A stretch of 64,000 nucleotides of DNA. Source: Candidatus Daviesbacteria bacterium (GTDB taxonomy: Bacteria; Patescibacteriota; Microgenomatia; Daviesbacterales; UBA10151). The stretch covers positions 3,741-67,740 of the forward strand of contig JACOXD010000005.1 in the NCBI GenBank assembly GCA_016176465.1, read 5' to 3'. Position 1 is the first letter of the stretch, and every line of letters starts with the position of its first letter. Position numbers and translations under genes: made by a program. The notes under the pieces were generated by a model. It had not been told where the DNA came from. It did no database searches and saw nothing but the letters and a program-made list of their open reading frames with translations. Below are positions 51,638 through 63,153 of this stretch, one piece after another.

Positions 51638-52133
51638 TATTTAAAATATAATTTTTTGTTGAATCAGATAAAGTAACTGCAAAAATTTGATTTCCTAAAG
51701 AGGGACAACTGGAACTGTCGGGATAAATGACTCCATTTTGATTAAACTTCAAAACACTAGGATACGCTCCACAGTTTGTTGACAAAGTTATATTTGGCGT
51801 ACTTACCGCATTACCAGTGTAGTTTGAACCCTCACATGTAGCAATAAGCTCATATGAGCTGTTAGCTAAAAAATTAATTCCCCACGTCACTGATGGGTTT
51901 CCATCAGGGCACTTAACACCTGACTGAGCATTAATTTGAGCTTTACGCAAGTTATAAATTAAATCTGTTGCAAAGTTTCTCAAGAGTTGTTCTTTATTAA
52001 ATTTTCTGAAATTTGGAATTGCGATTAGTGTCAAAATACCAATTATGGTTATGGTAATTAATATTTCTACAATAGTGAAACCATTTTTTTTGGGCATTAA
52101 TTTAAAGTTAGCACATTTTTTAGCACAAGTCAC
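51588..52133 (-). CDS. prepilin-type protein (start probably at the internal Met near 52097)
   Basis: …MPKKNGFTIVEILITITIIGIL…. Confidence 0.65.
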   Translation of the reverse strand: MTCAKKCANFKLMPKKNGFTIVEILITITIIGILTLIAIPNFRKFNKEQLLRNFATDLIYNLRKAQINAQSGVKCPDGNPSVTWGINFLANSSYELIATCEGSNYTGNAVSTPNITLSTNCGAYPSVLKFNQNGVIYPDSSSCPSLGNQIFAVTLSDSTKNYILNIDKGGAIYENMPSPSP

Positions 52134-52140
52134 TTTAAAT

Positions 52141-52710
52141 TTAGGGTTGGGTTACATAATAATTAAAGCCAGATGGGATTGGTTGACACTGAGTAGCGGA
52201 TGTTGTAGCAATGTTTTCCAATTTAGCAAATAAGCAGTATTTAAGGCATTTATTAATCCCTGATGAATCACAGACGCTTTCATCTAGCTTTAAAGACGTG
52301 TACCCGTAACTATCTCCGCTTTGCGGATCTTTTGGAATACTTTGTAGATAGGTAATAGTACCTACAGGGTTTTTTAAAGCATTTCCAGGAGAAGGAAGAG
52401 GGCTTAAGGGAAAATAATTTTGGTCGGCATAGTATTGCTGGAGAGCAGACTGGATTGATTTCAAATCAGCGTGACGTTGTGTATCGCGGGCAGATTTTCT
52501 AATTCCTGTAGCTGAGGTAATGACAATTCCAAAAACCATAGCTATTATAGCTATTGCAACCAATAGCTCAACAAGAGTAAACCCACGAGATTGCATTTTT
52601 TCTTTAGTTTTGTGAACTGCCCAAGCAAAAGACTTGACCATCTCCTTCTTTAAGAGTACAGACTTTAAAATAGGCAAAAGGAAGGCTGGAATTGGCAGGA
52701 ATATTAACAT
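52141..52710 (-). CDS. prepilin-type protein (start probably at the internal Met near 52596)
   Basis: …MQSRGFTLVELLVAIAIIAMV…. Confidence 0.65.
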   Translation of the reverse strand: MLIFLPIPAFLLPILKSVLLKKEMVKSFAWAVHKTKEKMQSRGFTLVELLVAIAIIAMVFGIVITSATGIRKSARDTQRHADLKSIQSALQQYYADQNYFPLSPLPSPGNALKNPVGTITYLQSIPKDPQSGDSYGYTSLKLDESVCDSSGINKCLKYCLFAKLENIATTSATQCQPIPSGFNYYVTQP

Positions 52711-53107
52711 TGGCTGCTACATATGGAGATGCGCATGAGCCAGCAGTAGCCCAGGTTGAAGTTGTAGCATTTGATGGCATAGCAGTATTATCTACGGCTA
52801 TACAATAAGGAGTAAGGGATTCTTTAGGATCCTTAGGAACTCCGGATACTCCTGCAGATGCAAACCAATTGTTTTGCAAAGGGCAATAGGTCGGGGAAGT
52901 GGAAGTACCTGCTGATTCGCAAGTTCCTCCACTTGAAAGGTAGTGGGATTCCATGGCCTTAATGATGGATTGTACTTCCTGGATACGACGGGAGTCACGG
53001 GCTGTTTTTTGAACTCCAGAGTATATGGTAACTCCAATAACCGAGAGGATTGCAATAATCGAAATGGTTACAATAAGTTCAATGAGAGTAAAACCGCTTT
53101 TGGGCAT
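52604..53107 (-). CDS. prepilin-type protein (candidate major pilin)
   Basis: MPKSGFTLIELIVTISIIAIL…. Confidence 0.7.
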   Translation of the reverse strand: MPKSGFTLIELIVTISIIAILSVIGVTIYSGVQKTARDSRRIQEVQSIIKAMESHYLSSGGTCESAGTSTSPTYCPLQNNWFASAGVSGVPKDPKESLTPYCIAVDNTAMPSNATTSTWATAGSCASPYVAANVNIPANSSLPFAYFKVCTLKEGDGQVFCLGSSQN

Positions 53108-53146
53108 TAGTTAAATCTTAAAACTTAAAAAAAACTAATGCAAGAA

Positions 53147-54073
53147 TTAAAACAATTTAAACTTAAAATACCCTTCTATAAGCTTTGTACCCCAAAATAA
53201 ACTTAGTAACCCTCCTAAAGCCAAAAATGGTCCAAAGGGAATAGTTTGACCAAAGTGTTTTTTACCGCTAAGTAAAAGTAATACTCCAACTATTGAGCCT
53301 GCTAAAAAAGCCAAAATAATAGCTAAAAAAGAGTCAGGGAAACCCAAAGCTAAGCCTAAAAAGATACCAAGTTTTAAATCTCCTCCCCCCATACCTTTCC
53401 CTCTTGTAAAAAAAATTAACCCTCCAAAAAAAAGGGCAATAGTGAGGGCAGAGAACAAACCTTGAACTAAAGGCAACGCGTTTAGTAAAGCGTGTCTTGT
53501 AAAGTAGTCTGAATGGGGAGGGAGTAGATATCTTCCTATTCCTGTTTGGCTCAAGGATAGGTATAAAACTCCTATTTTAGTTAAAGTGATTACCAGTAGA
53601 TAAGCAATTGAAAAGGCAATTGCAGGATAAGTAATTCTATCAGGTATTAAGCCTATCTTTAGATCCGTCAAAACCAACGCAACAAGCACTGATATCACAA
53701 ATACCTTAAAAAGCGCTTCAAGAGCTAAAATTACTTGAAACAGTATCGGGCTTGAGAAAAAATTGCTGTTAAATGTAATATAAAAAAGCAAAGCTACTGA
53801 AAACCCCATCAGCACTTCAACGAGTAAATATTCTAAAGACAACTTTTGCTTACAATAGCGACACTTTCCTTGTAAAAAAAGATATGAGAAAACTGGAAAA
53901 AGGTCGTACCATGCAAGTTTTCTTTTACAAAACTCGCAGTACGACCTTCCCCAAAACGCTCTATTAGTTACAGCTCTATCTGCTAACGCTTTAACAAAAC
54001 TCCCAAGTATTGATCCTAAGATAAAACCAAATAAACTAAATACTTCCACGTTAACAAATTTTAATACGTACAA
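53147..54073 (-). CDS. pilD: prepilin peptidase (A24 family)
   Basis: N-terminal CxxC…CxxC zinc finger, polytopic membrane protein, and a conserved Asp-containing C-terminal half. Confidence 0.8.
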   Translation of the reverse strand: MYVLKFVNVEVFSLFGFILGSILGSFVKALADRAVTNRAFWGRSYCEFCKRKLAWYDLFPVFSYLFLQGKCRYCKQKLSLEYLLVEVLMGFSVALLFYITFNSNFFSSPILFQVILALEALFKVFVISVLVALVLTDLKIGLIPDRITYPAIAFSIAYLLVITLTKIGVLYLSLSQTGIGRYLLPPHSDYFTRHALLNALPLVQGLFSALTIALFFGGLIFFTRGKGMGGGDLKLGIFLGLALGFPDSFLAIILAFLAGSIVGVLLLLSGKKHFGQTIPFGPFLALGGLLSLFWGTKLIEGYFKFKLF

Positions 54074-54618
54074 CTTCCGCCTGAAGCTGCGATCAGAGTC
54101 AAGTCAGAACCAACCTCATACCTTCCTGTTGTATCTGTGGCGTTTTCATTTCCACCATCTGCTGACATTCTTCCTTTTTGTTGTTCAGATTCTAACACAG
54201 TATCTATTTCCCATGCATCACTGGCTGCACAATAAGTATAGTGATAAGTAGTGCTGTTTGTCGGATCAACCGGCAATGTTGGCACTGATACACTTTTTTG
54301 TGTACCCAAATTAACTCTTACCCAACCAGAACCATTTGTAGCCCTTGAGCTAGTATCAGTACTTTTTCCTGTACAAGGAAAAGAGGTATCCGTATCAGTT
54401 ACACACAAAATTTCATAAGCTGAAACTGAGGCTTCCTGAACAGCAACATTGATTGCTTGTTGTAAATTATGAAGGTCAGCTAAGCGGGCGCTATCCCTTC
54501 CTCTTCGTGTCAATTCCAGTGGATTAATGATAAGTACCACTACTGCAGCTAATATGGCAATAATTGCGATTACGACTAAGAGTTCAACTAATGTGAACCC
54601 TTGGGCAGTTTTTCTCAA
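54061..54618 (-). CDS. prepilin-type protein (pilin)
   Basis: MRKTAQGFTLVELLVVIAIIAIL…. Confidence 0.7.
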   Translation of the reverse strand: MRKTAQGFTLVELLVVIAIIAILAAVVVLIINPLELTRRGRDSARLADLHNLQQAINVAVQEASVSAYEILCVTDTDTSFPCTGKSTDTSSRATNGSGWVRVNLGTQKSVSVPTLPVDPTNSTTYHYTYCAASDAWEIDTVLESEQQKGRMSADGGNENATDTTGRYEVGSDLTLIAASGGSCTY

Positions 54619-54770
54619 TCCTTTTTCACCCCCTTCAAAATAGGGAATAGTATCTAGCGTCTAGAGTATAGTTTTAAACTAAACGCTAAACGCTTTACGC
54701 TATACCCTAACTCCATTGTAGTCATACCAACCAATTTTAAGTCAAGAGGGTATTTTTGTAAGAAATAAAT

Positions 54771-55976
54771 TTATGAGAAGGACGTAGTCAACTTATAGAT
54801 GGGTAAGATTATTGAAAGAACTAAAAACGCAACTCCAATTCCTAACATAACTAAAATTACGGGTTCAATGATGACTGTTAAGTTTTTTACTAAATGGTCT
54901 GCTTCGGTTTCAAAATATTCTGCCATCTTAAAAGAGATCTCATCTACTTTACCTGTTTCCTCACCAACACGATACATTTGGGGAATAATTTTAGGAAAGA
55001 TACTCTGTTGCTCAAGTTGTGCAGAAAATGTCAATCCTCGCTCTACCCCTTGCGCACATTGCTCCAAAGCCTTTTTATAAACACCATTGCTCATAACTTC
55101 GGTTACCAAGTTAAGTGAATCTAAAATAGGGATCCCGGCTGATATTAAAAGTCCGAAAGTTCGAGTAAAATTAGTTAAAGCTGCGCCAGTAATAATCTTT
55201 CCGACAACAGGAATTTTGAGCAAAAAAACATCAAAGCTATACTTTCCAACTGGTGTTTTAACCCACCTTCGAAAAATGATTAAACTAATTACAAAGATTA
55301 TTATCATTAACCACCAGTAACCCAAAAAGATGTTGGATGTCGTAATCAGTATTTTAGTGGGAAGAGGCAGGTCAATATTTGATTGGGAATAAAGTGAGGT
55401 CAATCTTGGTATAACAAAAAACATCATTATTGCAATAACTACTACCATCATCACTAAAATCATGATGGGGTAAATCATTGCTCCTCTGATTCTTGATTGA
55501 AACTCTCTTTCTTTCTCTAAATTTTCTGCCATTTGAATTAAAACAGTGTCTAATTTTCCTGAAGATTCACCAGCTTTAATTAAATTTGAATACAAAGTCG
55601 GGAAAACTTGTGGGTGTTTTCTTAAGGCAGATGCCAAGTCCATACCCGATTTAACATCCCTTGATACCTCTCCTAAAACTTCTTTAAATCTTTTATTATC
55701 TTGCTGGCTTTCCAAAATATCTAAAGCCTCTGACAATACTAGGCCAGCTTGAATCATGGTAGCCAGTTGCCTGGTCATTATAACAAGCTCGGAAAAAGAA
55801 ACATGGGAAAAAATTTTAGAGAAAAAGTTTTGACCCTTAGATTTAGCTGAAACAGAGATAACAACTAATCCCTTTTTCCCAAGGAGCGAAGCGGCTGATC
55901 TGGTATCGCCGGTTTCAATAGTTCCACTATGCAAAACTCCTTGTCGATCTTTAGCTTTATAAACAAACGTTGGCAT
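54771..55976 (-). CDS. pilC: type IV pilus platform protein PilC (GspF family)
   Basis: Two GspF repeats and 3 TM segments. Confidence 0.8.
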   Translation of the reverse strand: MPTFVYKAKDRQGVLHSGTIETGDTRSAASLLGKKGLVVISVSAKSKGQNFFSKIFSHVSFSELVIMTRQLATMIQAGLVLSEALDILESQQDNKRFKEVLGEVSRDVKSGMDLASALRKHPQVFPTLYSNLIKAGESSGKLDTVLIQMAENLEKEREFQSRIRGAMIYPIMILVMMVVVIAIMMFFVIPRLTSLYSQSNIDLPLPTKILITTSNIFLGYWWLMIIIFVISLIIFRRWVKTPVGKYSFDVFLLKIPVVGKIITGAALTNFTRTFGLLISAGIPILDSLNLVTEVMSNGVYKKALEQCAQGVERGLTFSAQLEQQSIFPKIIPQMYRVGEETGKVDEISFKMAEYFETEADHLVKNLTVIIEPVILVMLGIGVAFLVLSIILPIYKLTTSFS

Positions 55977-56073
55977 CTTTTTATACTACTTTTTTAAAAC
56001 AATTAGGTCGTAATGGCTTTTCGCTTCTCTAAGTCCAATAACAGTAGTCGCTTGGTGCGAAAATGCCAAAAAT

Positions 56074-57132
56074 CTATTTATTTCCCAACAACTTACTGAG
56101 TAGTTGCGGTCTAATGGAGTAATTTAAGGCTGTTTGAGAAGTTATCAATCCTTGCCTAACTAAAGATGCTAAAATAGTATCTAAAGTTGCCATTCCTGCT
56201 TCCCCGGAAGTTTGAATTAAATTATCAATTAAGTGGGTTTTACCTTCTCGTATTAGAGACCTTAAAGCCGGAACTCCAAATACCAGTTCATAAGCTAAAA
56301 TTCTCCCAGGGTTAATTGTTGGAACTAATCTTTGAGAAATAATCGCTTCAAGCGTCGCTGCCAGTTGGGTTCTGATTTGCGGTTGTTGGTTTTCCGGAAA
56401 AACGTCAATTATCCTGTCTAGAGTTTGAGCTGCAGAATTTGTGTGTAGCGTGGCAAAGACCAAATGACCTGTCTCGGCAATTGTAATCGCCGCAGCTATA
56501 GTCTCATAATCTCTCATCTCTCCAATCAGTACAACATCCGGATCTTCCCTTAAAGCGCCGCGCAGTGCGTTGGCAAAACTTAAAGTATCGGTGTTCATTT
56601 CCCTCTGCGATATCAGAGCTTTTCCTTTCGGGTAAATAAACTCTATTGGATCTTCAACAGTTAATATATGGACAGCTCTGGTTAAATTAATCTGATTAGT
56701 AAGGGCTGCCAAAGTAGTAGATTTTCCATGTCCTGTCGGACCAGTAACCAAAACCAAACCCTGCTTAAGCTCGGTTAGTTTAGCCACAATTGGAGGCAAA
56801 CCAGTTTCTTCAATGGTCCTAATTTCTTTAGGGATTAAGCGGAAAGATGCTCCAATTGTTCCTCGCTGCCTGTAGATATTGACTCTAAATCTGGCTTTTT
56901 TCTCAAATTCAAACCCAAAATCCAACTCCCATTTTTCCTGAAAGACATTTTTTTGATTTAGGGATAACAAATTAATTAACATCCCCTCCAGAATTTCGCC
57001 ACTTAACACAAAAGTCCCGGGAACTGGAGAAAGCTCACCGTTGATCCTAAGTAGTGGCGGAAAATCAACGACTAAATGTAAATCAGAAGCTTTGTTACTT
57101 ACGGTTACATCTAGTAATTGCTGTATATTCAT
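56074..57132 (-). CDS. pilT: twitching-motility retraction ATPase PilT
   Basis: GPTGHGKSTTLAAL Walker A and 352 aa. Confidence 0.8.
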   Translation of the reverse strand: MNIQQLLDVTVSNKASDLHLVVDFPPLLRINGELSPVPGTFVLSGEILEGMLINLLSLNQKNVFQEKWELDFGFEFEKKARFRVNIYRQRGTIGASFRLIPKEIRTIEETGLPPIVAKLTELKQGLVLVTGPTGHGKSTTLAALTNQINLTRAVHILTVEDPIEFIYPKGKALISQREMNTDTLSFANALRGALREDPDVVLIGEMRDYETIAAAITIAETGHLVFATLHTNSAAQTLDRIIDVFPENQQPQIRTQLAATLEAIISQRLVPTINPGRILAYELVFGVPALRSLIREGKTHLIDNLIQTSGEAGMATLDTILASLVRQGLITSQTALNYSIRPQLLSKLLGNK

Positions 57133-58826
57133 TAATCCTGGGCGACTCTGAGTACTTCTTCTAGGGTGGTAATACCTTCAATCGCCTTTAAATAACCATC
57201 TTGTTTTAAAGTAATCATCCCATCGCTTCTACTTTGTTGCTCAATTTCTCCGGTTGATGAACGTTCTAAAATTAGTTTTGTAATTTTTTCATTAACCACT
57301 AAAACTTCATAAATTCCTGTCCTACCTGAATAACCGGTATGTCCGCACTCCTCACAACCTTGGCTTTTAAAAAGTTGAAAAGGTTTGTTTGGTAAAAGGT
57401 TGCCCAGGGTTTGTTTAATATTTTCCACAACTTCAACAGGTGGGGTATAGGTTAACTTACAATGTTCACAGATTTTTCTTAAAATTCGTTGACCAACAAT
57501 CCCATTTACCGCTGATGCCAGCAAAAATGGCTCTGTTCCCATATCCAAAAGTCTAGGCAGAGCTCCGGATGCTGAGTTTGTATGTAAAGTTGAAAAAACC
57601 TGGTGGCCTGTTAAAGCTGCTTGAATTGCTAACTCCGCTGTTTCAGTGTCTCGAATCTCTCCCACTAAAATAACATTAGGGTCTTGTCTTAAAAAAGAGC
57701 GTAAGGCTGATGCAAAAGTTAATCCAATGGTCGGGTTAACTTGGACTTGATTTACCCCTGGAATTTGGTATTCAACTGGATCCTCAATCGTTAATACATT
57801 CACCTTTGTGGTGGACGTTTTAGAAAGGATAGAATATAAGGTTGTAGTTTTTCCAGAACCTGTAGGTCCACAAATTAAAATTATCCCGTGCGGCCGTAAA
57901 ATTTGAGTTTGTAAACTTTTTAAGGCTCCACCTCGCAACCCCAACTCTGGCAAAGTGGGTGCTGTTTGGGATTTTGGTAACAACCTCAAGACTATTTTCT
58001 CACCGTAAACTGTTGGCAATGATGAGATACGCAAATCTATCTCTGTTCCAGCGAACTCAAATGAAAACCTACCATCTTGAGGCAAGCGTCTTTCATCAAT
58101 TTTTAGATGAGCTAAAATTTTGATCCTGGAGACAACCGCATCGTGAACTTTTTTGGGAAGAATTATTTTTTCATGCAAAATTCCATCTATGCGATACCTT
58201 ACCCGGGTTTGGTTTTCCATTGGTTCAACATGAATATCAGAGGCTTTGGATTTAACGGCATACTCAAGCAATTGAGTTACGATATTAGCAACAGGTGCTT
58301 CCCTTATAACCTCAGCCTGATCTAACTCTTGTTTTTGCTCAATTTGGGACGCAGCAACTTCCCTTAAAGCAGAGGTTACATCTGAGGTTAAATTTTGGGA
58401 GTATTGGGTTGTTATGGCTTTAAGAATATCTGAAACATCGGCCAAATAAGGTATAACTTTGTGGCCGGACTTTTTTTCAATGAATTGGATCACTTGTAGA
58501 TCAAAAGGGTCAGCCATAGCTACAAATAATTTATCCTGGCTTTTTTCAAATGGAATAAGTTTGTATCTTTTGGCAACAGGCTCCGGGATTAAATTAGAAA
58601 CCTCTGCGGAGATACCTTTTCCCTCCAGCTGGATAAAAGGAACTCCTAAAATAATTGAGCGGGCCCGAGCAATATTTTCCGGTGTAGCAAAGCGGTGCTC
58701 TAGAATAATTTTTTCAGTGGGCTGACCAGAATTAATACTTTCCAACTTAATGGCTGAAACCTGATCGGTCTTTAATAATCCCTGCTGAAATAAAACATCT
58801 TCAACTGCTAGTTGTGTAGTTGCCAT
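57132..58826 (-). CDS. pilB: type IV pilus assembly ATPase PilB (GspE family)
   Basis: GPTGSGKTTTLYS Walker A and a tetra-Cys zinc motif (CEHC…CEEC). Confidence 0.85.
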   Translation of the reverse strand: MATTQLAVEDVLFQQGLLKTDQVSAIKLESINSGQPTEKIILEHRFATPENIARARSIILGVPFIQLEGKGISAEVSNLIPEPVAKRYKLIPFEKSQDKLFVAMADPFDLQVIQFIEKKSGHKVIPYLADVSDILKAITTQYSQNLTSDVTSALREVAASQIEQKQELDQAEVIREAPVANIVTQLLEYAVKSKASDIHVEPMENQTRVRYRIDGILHEKIILPKKVHDAVVSRIKILAHLKIDERRLPQDGRFSFEFAGTEIDLRISSLPTVYGEKIVLRLLPKSQTAPTLPELGLRGGALKSLQTQILRPHGIILICGPTGSGKTTTLYSILSKTSTTKVNVLTIEDPVEYQIPGVNQVQVNPTIGLTFASALRSFLRQDPNVILVGEIRDTETAELAIQAALTGHQVFSTLHTNSASGALPRLLDMGTEPFLLASAVNGIVGQRILRKICEHCKLTYTPPVEVVENIKQTLGNLLPNKPFQLFKSQGCEECGHTGYSGRTGIYEVLVVNEKITKLILERSSTGEIEQQSRSDGMITLKQDGYLKAIEGITTLEEVLRVAQD

Positions 58827-58954
58827 GGACAGAATTAATTATTCGCAAAGTGGCGAATCTTTATTTATTATGGCGAATTAGTTCAAGCACGTCAATCCAT
58901 AAAAATTCTTTACTTTACTTAAACAAGAGAATAAACTCGTAATGCCGAAAAACA

Positions 58955-59584
58955 ATGATCGCAAAACTTCTAGTCTCTTCCGATTTAAGTTTAAGAATTA
59001 GAGAAATTGATAAGATTTTAAATATATCTAACTTAAGCAGAGGTCATCCTGATTTACTGTATTTGGGAGCCGATGAAAAGCTGGGGGTGGAAAAAGCAAA
59101 ACTTATTAGGGATCATTTTTCACTTAGACCATATTCTGCGAAGGGAAGGGCAGTTGCTTTAGAAAATGCCTCCAACTTGACCCTAGAAGCTCAAAATGGC
59201 TTATTAAAAACCCTTGAAGAGCCACCTTTAGGTGCTATTCTATTACTTGGAGTCCCCTCAGAGTTTGACCTTTTACCAACAATTGTCTCTCGTGCTCAGG
59301 TAATTTATTTAAATGCAGTGGGAGGGGAGCAAGTTGAAAAATTTGCGAAAGATATTGAGAAATTAATTACTCTAAACTTAGAAAAAAGGTTTGAATTTAT
59401 AGAAAAACTAGAAGAAAAGGAAGAATTCCTAAAAGCATTAACAATTCATTTCCGTAAAAAATTGCACAAAGATCCTAAATGGATAGATTTTGTAAAGGAA
59501 TTAGTGGATGCACAGCATTGGGCAAAGTCGAATGTAAATATTAGAGGAATTTTAGAGTACTTAATGCTTAAAATGCCTTCTTAG
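58955..59584 (+). CDS. holB: DNA polymerase III delta' subunit-like (N-terminally short)
   Basis: …LLKTLEEPP… and …IVSRAQ…. Confidence 0.55.
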   Translation: MIAKLLVSSDLSLRIREIDKILNISNLSRGHPDLLYLGADEKLGVEKAKLIRDHFSLRPYSAKGRAVALENASNLTLEAQNGLLKTLEEPPLGAILLLGVPSEFDLLPTIVSRAQVIYLNAVGGEQVEKFAKDIEKLITLNLEKRFEFIEKLEEKEEFLKALTIHFRKKLHKDPKWIDFVKELVDAQHWAKSNVNIRGILEYLMLKMPS

Positions 59585-60423
59585 GGCAAAGTTTCACAGG
59601 CTATCCCATCTTTATCTTGATCTAATTTATGAGGATCTGAAGTTGGACCTCCTTGGGAGATAAAAAAAGCTTGAGCTTCGCCGTGAGTTGAAAAATCTCC
59701 ACAATCTTTATCTCCTGAAACAGTCCCACTATTAGATGGAGTTCCATAGTTATTTGTTGTCGCAGAGCTAGTTAAGTTACAACTACCCCATAAACCTTTT
59801 TTATTTTTTTGTGCATCCTCCTGGGCAGCCCTAAATTTTTCTTGATATTTTACATCAGGTGGATAGGAAGAAGCCTGTGCAAATCCCTCTTTAACTAAAG
59901 TCTCATTTATCATCAGCTCACCTACATAAACATATCTTAGTAATCTACCAAACCTATCTGTTTCAGAAACATCTTTTTCCAACCTAACTTCTTTTCCTAA
60001 AACAAGCTCTTTATTCTTACTGGACGCTTCCTTGCCAAAACATTGAACACCCCTTCTTGGATCTACTGTTTCTGGGGTATCTATACCAATATAGCGAACA
60101 GTTTTACCTCCCTCAATTTGAATAGTATCTCCATCCACTACTTTTGTAACTTTAAGCAGTTGTGGGTTAGAACTTGCTGCTGGCGAAGAGGAGTTTATTG
60201 GGCTTGCTTGGGCACCAACTACTTCACCTGATGGGTTAGGGGAAGGTGATGGAGTTATACTAGAACCATTTGATCCTCCAATTGCTCCAATAAATCCAAG
60301 TAACAAAAAAGCTAATAACAAAATAACGATCCATCTTCTTTTCGAGCCAAAAAGCATTCTCATCTTAAATATTAATAGTCCCTTTAGCTTTATTTTGCAA
60401 TATCTAAAAAACAAACAAAACAC
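59581..60423 (-). CDS. secreted thermonuclease (SNase-like) with a C-terminal Excalibur Ca-binding domain
   Basis: Signal/TM N-terminus, KVVDGDTIQI…YIGIDTPE (SNase), and …DKDCGDF…DQDKDGIACE (Excalibur DxDxDGxxCE). Confidence 0.75.
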   Translation of the reverse strand: MFCLFFRYCKIKLKGLLIFKMRMLFGSKRRWIVILLLAFLLLGFIGAIGGSNGSSITPSPSPNPSGEVVGAQASPINSSSPAASSNPQLLKVTKVVDGDTIQIEGGKTVRYIGIDTPETVDPRRGVQCFGKEASSKNKELVLGKEVRLEKDVSETDRFGRLLRYVYVGELMINETLVKEGFAQASSYPPDVKYQEKFRAAQEDAQKNKKGLWGSCNLTSSATTNNYGTPSNSGTVSGDKDCGDFSTHGEAQAFFISQGGPTSDPHKLDQDKDGIACETLP

Positions 60424-60518
60424 AAAAATATAAGTTTTTCAGGCTATTACAACAATCTAATCAAGGGTATCTTGTTTGCAGAAGCGGGCTTAGTATGTTA
60501 AACTGAAAATCTCCATAA

Positions 60519-62561
<2,043 letters not shown>

Positions 62562-62608
62562 ATCCCATAGTTTGATTCTTAAGGACAGTTTGGCTATAAT
62601 TTGCTTCT

Positions 62609-63136
62609 ATGCCCGAGCGTATTAGTAAAATTTATGGTTTAGTGCATCCAGAATATTACTTTACTTTTTTTAATAGGGCAACGGCACTATATCCAAAATG
62701 GAGATACCTTAATCTTGCATGGAATAGTAAAGGCGTTACTGCAATTAACGACCCTAGAAGTTTGTGGCTCCACTATTCAGTTCTTTCTTATCGAAACTTG
62801 AGAGAGGTTTTAAGAAATCCTCATAGTTTCATGGATTCAGAGGAATGGGATGTTAGAAGAGTTGCAACACTGGCTGTAGGATTAGGACCAAGACTTTTTG
62901 CTTATCCATACTCAGAAAATCCTGGAAGGTTTGATGAAAGGGCAGATGTTGAGTCAAGAGGATTTACTTATGATCCGGCAAATACAGAAGGTTATTTTTT
63001 TGGAGAGTTGCTTGAATCTTCTGTTCCTTTCATTGGCCTTGCTGCAATTAGGAAATTAGGCCTCTCCTTAGAAAATTGTTACATTTTACCTGAATTATGT
63101 CTTGCAACCGAGGATACAAGGAGAATTAATACCTAA
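62609..63136 (+). CDS. hypothetical protein (175 aa)
   Basis: Protein-like ORF with no recognised motif. Confidence 0.4.
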   Translation: MPERISKIYGLVHPEYYFTFFNRATALYPKWRYLNLAWNSKGVTAINDPRSLWLHYSVLSYRNLREVLRNPHSFMDSEEWDVRRVATLAVGLGPRLFAYPYSENPGRFDERADVESRGFTYDPANTEGYFFGELLESSVPFIGLAAIRKLGLSLENCYILPELCLATEDTRRINT

Positions 63137-63153
63137 AGGATTTAAGTTATATA

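Noticed and set aside
54799-55320. Three small plus-strand ORFs (54799, 54894, 55087) inside pilC
   Set aside because: Antisense to a well-supported GspF-family gene.
58143-58725. Plus-strand ORFs 58143..58325 and 58459..58725
   Set aside because: Antisense to pilB.
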